Origin: Lama glama
Taxonomy: Eukaryota
DNA: 64,000 nucleotides
Reading direction: 5' to 3'
Assembly: GCA_028534125.1 (NCBI GenBank)
Contig: CM052816.1
Location: forward strand, 23,686,001 to 23,750,000
Below are positions 51,378 through 64,000 of this stretch, in pieces. A program made the translations under genes and the position numbers. Each line of letters starts with the position of its first letter. Within the stretch, counting starts at the first letter, position 1. The notes below the pieces were generated by a model. That model was not told the origin of the DNA. It was given only the letters and a program-made list of their open reading frames with translations, and made no database searches.

Positions 51378-52232
51378 CCGTAGTTTCCCTATATCCACAG
51401 GGGATACATACCAAGATCCCGGGAGATGCTTGAAACCACAGAGAACCAAATCCTGCATATACTATTGCTTTTTCCGTCCATCCGTATGTATGTATCCTAT
51501 ACCTATGATAGTTTCACTTATAAAATAGGCACAGTAAGAGATTAACAACAATGATCATAAAATAAAACTATAACAAAACGCTGAAATAAAAGTTATGCAC
51601 ACTCCTCAAAATATGTCACAGTACTGTAACTCACCCTTATTCTTGTAACAGCGTGGGATGGTAGAATGCCTGCGTGATGAGACGAAGTGAGATGAACGAC
51701 ATAAGCAGTGTGACGGCGTCAGGCTATGATTCACTTTCTGACGTTACGTCAAAGGAGGCTTGTCTGAGGCTGCTGATTTCTTTTTCCTGATTCCAAATTT
51801 CATGAATAGAAATCTTCTTACCCGAGATGTTAGCAACCTCTGCATACGATTTTTTTTCTTTTCTTATTAAGAACTTCTACCTTTTCACTTCAAGGACGCG
51901 TTTTAGACTTCTTGGCATATCCCAATAGCCAGCATCACTACGATTGCGCGTTGGGGCCATTAGTAAGTGAAATAACGGCTTCCTGAGCGCAAGCACTGCG
52001 ACTCTGCTACAGTAGAACCGAGAGCCCAGCAGGCTAAGTGACTAAGGAGCCGCATGCGCCGGAGGATGGGGTGAGCTCCGGGCGGAGCAGAGCAGGGCAC
52101 CGCGAGGGCTCATCCAGCTACTCAGAACAGCGCGCAATTGAAGACTTATGCATTGTTTGTTTCTGGAATTATCCATTTACTATTTTGAACCAAGGTAACT
52201 GAAACTGAAATCACGGATAAGGGGCACTACCG
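51378..52232 (-). mobile_element. MER44/Tigger7-family DNA transposon, deletion derivative with transposase N-terminus
   Basis: TIRs ccgtagtttccctatatccac / cacggataaggggcactaccg. Minus-strand ATG at 51960 gives MAPTRNRSDAGYWDMP, similar to recalled Tigger7 MAPKRKSSDAGNSDMP. Confidence 0.9.
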
Positions 52233-53519
52233 TGCCTGGCAAAAATCTGGCTAGGAAATAATATATGTGAAAGATACTATAAACCTTTTATGAGCAATAA
52301 AGAATAACAACTTGAGTGAAGACATAGCCCTCATTTCTGAATGAGAAAAAAAATTCATAAAGATGCTCATTCCTCTGAAATTATTGACTGCATTAAGATA
52401 ACGTCTACAGAAGTCAAGGCAGTTCTCAAGTTCATCTGGAATGATCAGCAGGAAGCGCGAGGGAAAATGGATGTTTACTCTGTGGGGTCGTGAAGCACCG
52501 TTTCCTCGTTGTTTTCTCGTGTTTACTCCCTCTACTTACGGCTTGTGTGCTCCACAGGCCGGTGTAAACCAACCAGCCCCTCCCACTTGCTTACCGGACA
52601 GGCCGTTTCAAGAACGATCTTACGATCTAGTTTAGGAGGACACATATTTTACTGGAAGCTTCAGAGAAAGAGTTCTTGCTCTTGCTTAGATGTTACAGAG
52701 GCCATCCCCCAATAGTGCCGGCCACCAAGTTTGCTTTCCAAAAGTGAACTCACTAATTAGAACACTGCAGCCCTTCTAGTGAAGCCAGAGGGGGGTGAGG
52801 GAGGTGAGAAGTGACACACAGAGGAGAACAAAACCCAAGAAAAATAGTAAAGAAATGAAAAATCTTTGGAAGCAATGCCTTGAGCCCTCCCCCGAGTGCG
52901 TGTCTGCATTTGTGACTGCTCCATGTATTCTGAACCCCATTAGATTTTAATAGTTTCCTCCACTGTCAATCTTGCCTTGCCAATATAGAAATATCTCACC
53001 TTTCTCCATTTCGTTTGCCTCAATCATAGAGAACCATGACTTCATTTCTGCAACCAAGCATACCCCACAGGAGGACGGCAGTGGAACGGAACTGCAGGAG
53101 GAGACCGGCGGGGTGGAGGCGTGTTTCCGTGGCTGGTGCAGCCGTACTGAGCTCTGCGTCCAAGGTGCTCAGAGCAGAACAGCAGAGGAAGCACGGGTCT
53201 GAAGGTGACGGTGGCAGTGGCAGAAGCAGAAGAAAACAGCTTTAGAGAATCGATTCTGGGAGATTTTCCCAGAGACTCAGCCTCTTCCTCCAGTTTTCCA
53301 ATGATTTTGCATTCTTCTTCATACCCTTTAATAAGCATCTTATTGATAAAACAAGCGCTGTGAATTCTGTCGTCTACAACCAAGAGCCATTATCAACATA
53401 CAGCCCTGCTTCTGTGTTCTCTTCTTTTTTAATCTGCTTTGGGTTAGAATTTCTGTTAGTCACAACTTAATTCTTTCCAATGTAGCAAAGAAAACTTGGA
53501 AAAAAAGAAGATTAAGGAA

Positions 53520-55720
53520 AACTAGAATTAGTTCTGGGACATCAAACATATCACCTAGGGAGGGAATGCAATCAGAGACAGTCGGCTGCTAGGGCTATTG
53601 AGAGGCCTTGGGCAGGAGGAACAGCCCGCAGGGCACGGGAACTAGTAACCGGTCAGGTGGGGGGAAGGGGAGAACGCAGTGCTACAGGAGAAGGGTGAGG
53701 AGCATTTTCAAGAAAGAGGGAATGATAATTATTTCAAAGGTTGGGATGGAGTAAAATGAAATGAGTAACTAAATATGAGTAAAACGCACAAAGAATCATA
53801 TCCACTGGATTTGGCAACTTAGTCTTCACGTGGCAACCCTGAAACTGAGTAGTTTCGGTATTGTGGTCAAAAAGACCTTGGTTGGCCTGGGTTGAAGGAT
53901 AAATGGGATGCCCCTGACCGTAGCTGTGGCTTATGCAGAGGGCCGGTCCCACCCGCTCCTCCCACGCACCGCTGCTCCCTCTCGCCGAGGCACAAGTGGG
54001 TCAGGAAGCAGCTATGACTTCTAAGGAAAGACACTCGTGGGACCAAATTAAAATTCCCCTAGCCAACAGCAATGTAAAACCTCCGGAGAAGGTGTGTGCT
54101 GACTTGTTTGGACGGGCCAAAGAAAAGAACCTCAACTTCAAGAGACCAGAGGGGATGCCGACCAACAGCCTGAGAATCACTCAAAGAAAAATTCCTTGTG
54201 GTGAAAGGTTCTAAGAGATGGAATTCTTTTCGGGATCACAACTCTCCAGGGACTCACTGACTTGACTAGTCCTTCAGAGATTCAGCAGATTACCTCCGTC
54301 AGTATTGAATCAAGAGTAGAGACTGAGGTCACCATTGCAAGATGCTTAAATCAACTATCTTAGTAAACTGGTTATCAGTTGCTAAGTAAATAAGTAGAAA
54401 TGAGGAAGCACGGGCAGCAGTGAAGAATAGAAAAGAAATATCATTATATCCAGAATGGGACACAGAGACAAAGGAGAAGCTTTGTTTTTTTTTTTTTTTT
54501 AAGATGGGGGATCACTTAAGAATGCTGGCCCACTGGTGCTGAACAGAGGAACACACTGGTAGACTGAAGTTCTGCCGGAGACTCTCCAGTTGCAAAGAGC
54601 TACAAAGCATGCAGTGGAGGAGCTAGCCTCTGGGTGGAAAGTGGACGCTTCTTCCAGTAAAGGGAGAAGTGAGACCAAACTGTCCAGACGCAGTTAGCCG
54701 AGAAGATTTCGTAGTGAGAAAATGAAGGCGTTCCTGTCTTATTTGTTTTATCATCTCATTGAAACGTAAGTGAGATCATCAGCTGATGGGGGAGAAATGT
54801 GGAGAGGTGCAGAAGTAGTTAGTATAAGAGGAAGAAGAAAGTATTAAACATTTGTGTCAAAAGCAGGAAGATAAAGCTGTGTAGATAGAAAACATTTTCA
54901 TCACTGCAGATAGTTCTGTTGTACAGCATTATTTCAGAGAAATATTCCATTCTCTGGAAGCAGATACACGATGTAGAGTTTAGCCAAGACGAAGTTTTTG
55001 CTTCGTGAGAGGCAAAGGAGTTGAGGGGATTTGCATGGAAGATCCATGAGATGTAAACTGACTGAGGAAAGAAGTGAGACCAAAGAGAGTGTTAGGGAAA
55101 AGTATAAAGGGTGGGTCAGTAATGGATCAGTCATTTCAGTGATGTTGAATTGTGGGGGGGGGGTACTAGAGTAAGTGAGCTGGCTCAGCAAATGGTGATC
55201 AGAGAATAATAGGAAGTTTGAAATGATTATTTTGAAGATGGTGTGTTACTGGTAGTATGGTCTAATGTGTGACCGTGGGAGTGAGTGGCTGAGGTAGGAT
55301 GTGCTGTTAATCGGAAATCTGGAAGTCGAGAACCTGGGAGACTAGGGTGGTGACTGTTACTGACATGGATGTTCTACAAGGATTATGAGAGCAGTCGAAC
55401 AGAACAGGAGGAGATTAATTTAGGAGTTTGACTTCAATAAATGGCAATGACAGGGAATGATGAGGGACTGGAAGATGACAGTGAGGAGAGGCAGGGAAGA
55501 TAAGGTCAGATGGTATGAGCATCAAAGGAACTGGGGACTCTGAAGGAAGGAGGGGTGTTTTGACAGCAGCAACGAGGAGCAGGGAGGGTATCTACTTGCG
55601 TGCTGCCCCTAAGGTTCGTGACGTTTGGGGGGGAAATAAGTTTCCTCTAAAAAAGATTGCAAAGGAAGTGTTGTCAGTAAGAGCCCCTAGGTTTCTGATA
55701 AAGCTAAAGGAATTAAAACA
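53520..55720 (-). mobile_element. L2 LINE body, degraded, interrupted by the RPS20 pseudogene
   Basis: Purine-rich reverse-L2 motifs such as tccactggatttggcaac and gagatcatcagctga. Boundaries approximate. Confidence 0.6.
53930..54385 (+). pseudogene. RPS20: Processed pseudogene of 40S ribosomal protein S20 (uS10)
   Basis: Intronless. From ATG 54014: [53 protein letters not shown] vs RPS20 [53 protein letters not shown]. After frameshifts QQITSVSIESRVETEVTIA..A* (TAA 54347-54349). 5' UTR ctctcgccgaggcacaagtgggtcaggaagc retained. Confidence 0.95.
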
Positions 55721-56736
55721 GTGTATAGTATTGTTATAAAAAGAGACAGAAAAATGGAACAGAATACATGAAAGGAAGTAGACCTAAAACATGTAAGAAT
55801 ATATTATAAAGCACCACAAATTGTTAAGAAGGAACGTTGTATTTAATAATTAGTGCCGGGCATATCAGATCACCAAATAGCAGAAAATACATGAGAATCA
55901 AAACAATACTCAAATTTCTGTTTAGGGAAGTGCTTTCTAAGTTTCGAAGAAATGTGTGGCATAGAAAATTTTTAACTGACAGATTTTAAAACTTTTGTAA
56001 ATAAAAAAGAAACATAATTACAAAGGAAAAGATAATAGTCAAACAGGGAAAATGTTTTCAACAAATACCGAACAAAGAAAGGGGTTATCATTAATGCACA
56101 GACACCTTCTTTATAGGTAGATCAAAAATAAGAATTTGTTCTCAACCCTCCCTTGACTTGACTGAAAAAAAAATGCAAAAAGTAATAAGCTCGCAACAGT
56201 GAAAAGAACAGGAAGAGAGGTTTAGCCATGGAGAAGTTTTGATAAATTTAAACAGAGAAACTCCAGAAGGTGTGACGTTTGACTATTAGGTGTTTCAGAA
56301 AAGGGGAACAGAAAAGATGCAGGGAAGTAAATAACCAAATAACTAAAAATACAATCATTCTTGAGGTCAAAGGGGTCCATGAAACACTCAGCATAATGAA
56401 TGAAAAAAAGACCCCTCCTATAAAATTTCTGAACTTCAAGGATGAATAAAGATGGCCACATTTTCTAGAAAGGAAGGAAAAACAAAAACCCAATTCACTT
56501 ACAAAGGCAGGAGAATCAGCTGGACATCAACCCTTATCAGCTCGCTGACTGACAGAAAACAATAGAGCCATAAAAAAGATGGGTGGTGAGGAGAAGGCAA
56601 CAAACAAATGAGACATCTTGCCCAGAAGTAATGCCAATTAATTACAGGTCAGAATAAATACATTTTCAGAATTTCAGGCCAACAACAAGTTTTGAATATT
56701 GACTCACATATTTATCATTTCTTCATTGTTTAGGTC

Positions 56737-57990
56737 GTGGTGTTCTCACCTAACAGAAACAGGTATTTAAATTTATGTGTGGTTGTTTTCTTTTGGTTGG
56801 ATAGTATCCACCTTGCTTCACTCAGGGGACTATCCCTACCGTGTGCAACATTGGGGCGCAGTTCTCTTCAACTGCGAAAGACAAACAGGTACTCCTTCCC
56901 CTCGAGGCCATGTGAGCCTGCACCTAAGCTCAGCCACTCGACACACATATCCAGGACTCTGTATCAGAAGTGAGTGATGTAAAGATGAAGCAGCAAAAAT
57001 CAATCATAAAAAGCAGTTGCAGTAGCATCTAGTGGTGGCCAAAGACCTATTTCTGCTCAGATGTAGTCGGCATACTTCCTCCTCGAGTCTTACTGCGTCT
57101 TGAGCCTCATTCTATAATACTTATCAAATCTGTCAGCTATTCACGTTCCTTCTAATAGATTTCCTCCCTGCTTAGGACAGTCAATTTCTTCAGTTTGCAA
57201 ACAAAAATTTTGGCTTATATTATAATTATACCAGTTTCCAGGTGACAGATCATCAGGAATCAGTAGGGAGATTTGGCCTTGCTGGAGCTGAAGGCAAATA
57301 GCTAATCATCATATCACTTATCTGTTACGTACTACCATTCGAGGTCAAGGCTTTGGTGAAACTCGTTGCCATGCAGATGAATCGTAAAGAGAACATGAGA
57401 AATCCAAATCACTACATGGTGTGGCTACTTCTGAAGGCCTCAAATGTATTAAAGGCAGGAAGAAGTAGATCAAATCCCTATGTTCTGTCAAAACCAAAAG
57501 TGAAACCTAAAGAATGTCTATAATTTTGCTAAAATAATCTCCTATTTCCTAAAGCCAGAGGACTATCAGAGCCAATGAGCAAACGTGAGCTATGACCATG
57601 AAGATTGTTGACATACGAATGTCTATTAAATTCACCACCTAACTATGCCTTGATAAAGATGTATGTTCTACAGAAATTGAATTCAGTCTTTGATTTTGAG
57701 GGGGTGGATGTGGTTCTAATTGCTTGCTGTGCTTGTAAACAAAGTTATAGACTCCCAACAGTGGTCCTCAATAAACAAAGTTGAGATTCCAGAAATTCCT
57801 TGGTATAATATAGAGGAAAGAATTCAGACTTCAAGATATAGGAGAGCTAAAGTGTATTTACCATGTGTCCTGCCACCCCATATACTATGTCCCTGGAATG
57901 ATCCCAGAAAGTACCCCCTTTACCAAAAGCTTGTGTTCTGTTAGGGTGGGAAGAACACCATCACCTAAGGAACAAAGAAATGGTAAATGT
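56737..57990 (+). mobile_element. ERVL-type LTR plus internal relic
   Basis: LTR-like end ttctaatagatttcctccctgcttaggacagtcaatttcttcagtttgcaaac (~57150-57220). Internal gttgagattccagaaattccttggtataatatagaggaaagaattcag resembles ERVL gag. Confidence 0.6.
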
Positions 57991-58033
57991 TGGAGTCAAT
58001 ACTCAAAAATCAAATTTACTGATATATAGTAAG

Positions 58034-58427
58034 TGATCAGGGTCAGAGTTTTCACCAGAGAAACAGAACCAGAAGGATATATAAGAAGAGATTTATTGTA
58101 AGGGGTTGGCTTATGTGATTGTAGGGGCTCACTAGCTGAGTCTGAAATTCTTAGCACAAGCTGTCAGGAAGGGTAAGCTGGCAACTCCTGGGCAGAAGCT
58201 GAAGATGCAGCCCACAGGCAGAATTTCTTCCTCCTCAGGGAAATCTCAGATCTGCTTCTCGGGCCTTTTAACTGATTGGATCAGACCCACCCAGGTTATC
58301 AAGGATTATCTTTATTCAAAGAAAACTGATTGTAGATGTTAAGTCTATAGCAACATCTGGATTAGAGTTTCATTGAATAACTGATACCACAGCATAGCCA
58401 AATTGACTCATAAAACTGACCATCACA
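58034..58427 (-). mobile_element. MLT2 (ERVL) solo LTR
   Basis: ccagagaaacagaaccagaagga...gagatttattgtaagg...tttaactgattggatcagacccaccc...aattgactcataaaactgaccatcaca. Confidence 0.9.
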
Positions 58428-58429
58428 TT

Positions 58430-59825
58430 AAGCAACAAATAATTGGAAAATCAAATTAACAATACCATTTTTAATAGCATCAAAAATCATTAAATACATA
58501 GGGTAAATTTAACAAAATACAGTCAAGACCTCTACATGGAAAATTATATAATTAGGAGAAATTAATGAAGACCTAAGTAAGTAGATGTTCCATGCCCATA
58601 GGTTATTAGACTCTATAAAAACTCAACACTGAAATTCAATTCTCCTACACTTCATCTACAAATTGAGTGCAGTCTCAGTCAAAACCAAAGCAGACTTTTC
58701 TGTGGAATTTAACAAACTAATTTAGCTTAGGTTAGGTAATGATTTCGTAGTTAGTAATCACTTACCACGAAATAAAAAAGAAAAGATAGACTTACACTTC
58801 ATCAAAATTGAAGTCTTCTGCTCATCAAGAGATGCCATTCAAGAAACATATTCAAGCCTCAGGATGGGGGAAAGTATTTGCAATATCTACATCCGATGAA
58901 GCACTTGTATCCAGGATATATAAACAATCCCTACAACTCAATAATAAAAAGAAAAACAACCAATTAAAAAATCAGCAAAAAACTTGAACAGGCATTTCAT
59001 GGAGGAAGATATAAACACTGTTAATAAGCACGTGAAAAAGTGCTTAACATCAATCATCAGTCCATGGGAAATGCAAATTAAAATCACAGTGGTATATACC
59101 ACAAAATAATTAAAACAGCGAAGATGGAAAGACAAACATCACCAAATGCTGTCGAGCATGCAGAGCAATAGAAACTTTCATATATGACTGGAGGCGATGC
59201 AGACTGGTATAACCAGTTTAGAAACTGTTCTAGTAGTTTCTCATAAAGGTAAAAATACACCTACTCTGAGGCCCAGAAATTATACTTTTATTTACTCGAG
59301 AAAAATGAAAACATGTGTACATAGAAAGATGTGTACAATAATGTCCACAGCAGGTTTCTTCAGAGTAGCTCCAAACTGGAAACAACTTAAATGTCCATCA
59401 TCAGCAGGATGGATGAACAAGTTGTAATATGAACAGACAATGGAATACTTTCCAGGAATACAAAGGAACAGACCACTGAAACATGCTACAGCATGGAAAA
59501 ACTTCAAAAATTTTATGCTGAGTGAAAGAAACCAGATATAAATGAGTACCTACTGCCTGATTCAATTTATATGAAGTTTTACAATAGGCAAAGTAATCTA
59601 TGGTGAAACAGGACCCACACAGTGACTACCTCTGGACTGGGGGAGTGGGGTGGGGATTAACCACGAAGTTGCATAAGGGATCTTCCCTGGGTGATGAAAA
59701 TGTTGTATATTTTAATAGAGGGGGCCACAAGGTATGTGCAATTGTCAAAACTCATCAAACTTTACACCTGAGATGTGTGTATTTCACAGTATGTAAACTG
59801 TTCCTCCATTTACAAAGAAAAAGAA
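58430..59825 (+). mobile_element. Old L1 (L1MB/L1ME-type) ORF2 end and 3' UTR
   Basis: gggaaatgcaaattaaaatcacag, ccaaactggaaacaacttaaatgtccatca, atgctgagtgaaagaaaccaga, then 3' UTR ending in an A-rich tail. Confidence 0.85.
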
Positions 59826-60259
59826 AAAAGTGCCTCTGGCGAGTAAGGTTTTTATAAAGCCACAGTGAAGCTGAGCTCAATTGTTTCTTATCACAATATT
59901 TTTGCATGATTTGATTTGTGACTGTTCGTTCTATTACTCTGATTAAAATTTGTACAGACTTCCAAGTTAAGATAGTAGAATGAAAACATCTAAAACTCTC
60001 CCTTTCCCCAATCCTAATGATAGAATAACAAATAGGACCAAAACAGCGAAAATATCTCAAAATCAATTTAAAAAAAAAAAGGACAGAGCTTCATGCCATA
60101 CAATTCTAAATGGGCAACCGAAAATGATGGGGTGGGGTCAGGGGCGACAAGTGGAGATAGAGAGGAAGAGAGAAAAGTGACCTTGATTACATTTGGCTTA
60201 TTGCAGTAAAACAAATTAACTAGTCTGAACCCCCAAACATACACACTAACTTGCAGGGA

Positions 60260-62510
60260 TTTTAACCGGTGTTATGTTAAATCTGTAACTCAAGTAGCGT
60301 AAGAACTGACATTTTAACAATATTGAGTCTTATCCATGAACAGGGAGTCTCTCTCCACTTAACTTAAATCTTTTCTTTCTTCAGAGCTGTGTAGTTTTCC
60401 TCATATAGGTCCTGTGCCTGTTGAGTTAGATGTATACCCATTTTTGTTTTGCCAAGTTTATTGATATGTAGGAAAGCAATCAACTTGTCTATATTGACCT
60501 TGTATCCTGCACACTTACTATAATTATGCACTAGATCTCAGAGTTTTTTTGTTGATCCTTTGATATTTTCTAGATACACAGTTTTGTTATCTGCAAATAA
60601 GAACAGTTTTGTTTCTTCCTTCCCTACTTATGTACCTTTACTTTTTCCTCTCTTATCTTCTTCCAGTACAGTCCTGAACAGGAATGGAAAGAGGAAGACA
60701 GTCCCTCTTTGTGGGAAACAAATCCTCCTTGTTCCCTCCACCTGATGTCTTGATTTCCCTTTCATTCCTGAAAAATATTGTCACTGGGGATAGAATTCTG
60801 TGTTAACAATTCGTTTCTTTCAGCATTTGAAAAATGTGCGCCACTTCCTTCTGGCCTCTGTGGTGTCTGATGAGAAATCTGCTGTCATTTGAATTGTTTT
60901 TCCCTACCAGTAAGATGTCATCATTTCTCTTGCTGCTTTGTCTTTGTTTTTTTTAGTTTGACTATGAGGAATCTTGATGTGGATTCCTTTGGGTTTATAC
61001 TGCTTGAGACTCACTCAGCTTATGTATGCTTATGTCTTTTGTATGCTTATGTCTTTTGCTAAATTTGGCAATTTTTCAGCCATTTATTTCTTCATGGAGT
61101 TTTTTGTTTGTTTGTTTGTTTTTAGCAGCTCTGTCCTCTTTCTCTTCTGACATTTTGATGATCAAATGTTAGATATTTGTGTTATATTTTCACAGGTCCC
61201 TGAAACTCTGGTTGGTTGTTTTTTCAATCTTTTCCTTTTTGTTCAGTTTAGGTAATTTCTATTATTCCACCTTCAAGTTCATTGATTCTTTCCTCCATCC
61301 TCACCATTTTGCTATTAAACTCATCTATTAAGCTTTTTAATTTTGATTATTGTATTTTTCGCTCCAAAAATTTCCATTTAGTTCTTTGTATTTTCTATTT
61401 CTGTGTTGAGGCTTTCTTTTTTTCTCTCTTTTTCTTTTGTTTCAAGCATGTTCACAAACGGGCGTGGAAACATTTTTATCATGGCTGTCTTAATGCAAGG
61501 GTGGATAATCCTAACACCTGTGTCATCTCAGCATTGGCAAGTATTAATTTTCCCTTCTCGTTTACACTGAGATTTTCCTGGTTCTTGGTACAATGAGTAA
61601 TTTTCAGCTGAATTCTGGACATTTGGGGGTGTTATGAGACTTTGGATCATCATGTTTAAATCATCTGTGTTAGCTGCCTTTTCTGACACTGTGCAGGGTT
61701 GGGGGTGAAGAGAGGGAGCTGCTGCCTCATTACTGCTAGATGGCAGTAGAAGTCCAGGCTCTACCTCTGTTGATACAACTGAGGTGTGAGAATGACTCTG
61801 TCACTGCTGGGCAGGGGTAGGAGTACCAGCTCCCCACTGAACTTCTGCCATACCACCCTGGTGGGAGGCAGTGCTGTGCTTCACTACAGCTCTCCATGTG
61901 GCTCCCCTTGGCTTCCCATGGGGATGGGCAACAGTAAAAGTCCTGACCCTCTAGCACTCCTCTGGTACCGTCCCAGCAGACAGAGGTACTTCATTACTGC
62001 TAGGGGGGAGTGGAAGGCCAGGTTCTCCACTAGCACATGGGGCAACAGGGGGATGGAGTGGCTCATTACTTGGCCTTCTCTGACACTGCCCTGGAGGGGA
62101 ACATCTTATTACAGCCTGGCAAGGATGAAAGTTTAAAGTCTCCACTTGGCCTTTGCTGGTTGGGGAGTGACTACATTTTTTTCTATGTTTAGCTGATGAT
62201 AGAGCAGTTATTATGCACAGGTTTTCTGTCTGGCTAGTGCACCCTTTTCCTGTCCTTTGGCTAGAGAATGCAGGGTTTTCTTGGAGACTTCTTTTGGTCC
62301 GTGCCAGTTGTCATTTCCAGGTTGCCACCTTCTCCAGCACCTAGTCCAGGATCTATGATGCAGAAACAGGCAAACAAACAAACTTCATGAACTCACTTTC
62401 ACGTTGTGACTCAGATCCCTGGCTGGTTTGCCATCTTCTCTCCACCGTTCAGAGTCTTCTTATTCTTTTTCCTATACGCAACGTCTGGGATGTTTAGCTA
62501 AGTATATTTT
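60260..62510 (-). mobile_element. Old L1 (L1MC-type) ORF relics and 5' region, reverse
   Basis: T-rich reverse L1: cttctggcctctgtggtgtctgatgagaaatctgctgtcatt, with GC-richer 5' UTR-like repeats at ~61.7-62.2 kb. Confidence 0.8.
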
Positions 62511-62529
62511 GCAAGAGGACTAGAGGAAA

Positions 62530-64000
62530 GTATATCTGCTCCATCTTTCTAGAACCCTGTCTTTGTTTTTCCTGTGGTGTCTTAAGCCAAATCCCAGGCA
62601 TCATATAATTTCTCCCACCAAGAATGCAATCAGTACTGGAAAATACTGGTAAAAAATACAGCCATGATACCATTGTCACGTCCCCTAAAATTGAAAATAA
62701 GTCTTCACTACCTAATAATCAGTTCCTTCTTGAAGATTGCCTCAAAACATCGTTTTATGCCTGTGTTCAAATAACAATCCCAGGTAAGGTGACAAATATT
62801 TCATTTGGTTGTTAGACCAAAGCAGTTCCCTCCCTTTTCTCTACTCATGTCATTTACTTGAGGAGAATTGGTCCTGGGATATCTCCCCACATTGTAGATC
62901 TGGCTGACTGTGTTCTTGAGGTATCATTTAATATGTTTTACTACTCTCTATAGTTCCTAGAAACTGGTAGTTAAATATAAAGGTATGATTACCTTTGGGT
63001 TCAATTTTTTTGAAAAAGTTATTTCATAGGCAGTTCTGTGTGCCTCTTGTTCCACCACTTAAGCAGACGAACAACATCTGATTATCCTATTTTTCACGAG
63101 TTAGCAATAATCAGTAGGTTCTGGGGATAATAGCTTGAACTATTCATTAAAAAGTTCCCCATTGACTGTTCACCTAATGCAGGGTTTCTCGAATAAATTG
63201 CTATTTTGAACCAGATAATACTTTGTTATGGGGGACTGTCCTGTGAATTGCAGCATATTTAGCAGGATCCCTGGTACCCTCAACACTCTGGTACCATACA
63301 CACCATCATGCTGTGACAATAAAAATGTCTCCAGATATTGCCAAATGACCCTCAGGGAGAAAATGGCCCTGAGTTGAGAATCCCTGACTTAACAGTTTTA
63401 GCTGTCATTAGTAACTGTTGCCTGGGTCCATTATTTCATCAGAGATTGCAAAGTCGTGATTTTTCTAATTGTATCATTCCTGTGTTTACAACTATGATTT
63501 TCTTAAAAAAGAAATACTTTCTCTAAGTCTTTCCAGCAAAGGCAGAATAAGTGTTTGATTATTTTATTTATCAGTACTTCTAGAATAATAAGCTGTGCCC
63601 GAACAATCTCACTAAATAATTTTTGTTTCGAGTATCATTTGTAACTCCTGAATATTTACACATTTCATATATTTCAATCCTTTTCAGACATTTTTCAATT
63701 TTTCCCATCTCTGGTCAGTGGAATCTTCTTCAAATTAGGTCCAGTTTCCTTTTGACATGACCCTAATAGTTTGGTAATTTCCTTGCTTTCAAATATGACA
63801 AAACAGATAGTCCAGATTCACATTACATGTTTCCACCCCAGAGCTGCAATCACCTACTTATCCAAGGAGTCCTTGTTCCTTCTCCTGGAAAATGGTACTT
63901 AGGGACCACAATCTGGGCACAATGGATGTTTACTGCTACTGAGTTGTCACTACCTTCAGGTCTTTTCAATGTGTAGGACCAGGAAATGCATATTTTTTGT
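62530..64000 (-). mobile_element. L1MC4/5-type 3' region, reverse, containing MER20
   Basis: aaatcccaggcatcatataatttc...tttcctttgacatgaccc-like...tccaaggagtccttgttccttctcctggaaaatggtacttagggaccacaatctggg. Confidence 0.7.
63180..63386. mobile_element. MER20 (hAT-Charlie) DNA transposon
   Basis: cagggtttctc...ccagataatactttgttatgggggactgtcctgtgaattgcag...aaaaatgtctccagatattgccaaatg...gttgagaatccctg. Confidence 0.9.

Noticed and set aside
61023..61056. Perfect 17-bp tandem duplication tgtatgcttatgtcttt
   Set aside because: Ordinary slippage duplication inside a dead L1.

Overview
Mammalian non-coding (intergenic or intronic) DNA, mostly made of interspersed repeats. A tRNA-derived SINE resembling camelid vic-1, the young L1 3' ends, and the absence of any Alu/BovB/PRE-1/Can-SINE I could see point to a camelid genome (inference). 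I found no confident protein-coding exon, RNA gene or CRISPR array. The only host-gene-derived sequence I recognise is a processed RPS20 pseudogene (~53.93-54.39 kb). There is one 500-N assembly gap inside a young L1. I see no convincing new biological system. Most notable: (1) a Mutator-like (MULE) DNA transposon with long TIRs and a readable transposase C-terminus (~5.97-6.93 kb), containing a fold-back L1 micro-insertion; (2) an ERV LTR whose leader is a dense CpG island followed by a 40-bp higher-order repeat and a splice donor (~40.87-41.69 kb), a candidate exapted promoter or GC-biased gene conversion site; (3) several atypical retrotransposition or repair footprints (triplicated target site, tailless L1 ORF2 fragment with TSD, 34-bp local templated copy). 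Repeat family names come from recalled consensus sequences and boundaries of old repeats are approximate; both need RepeatMasker/Dfam confirmation.
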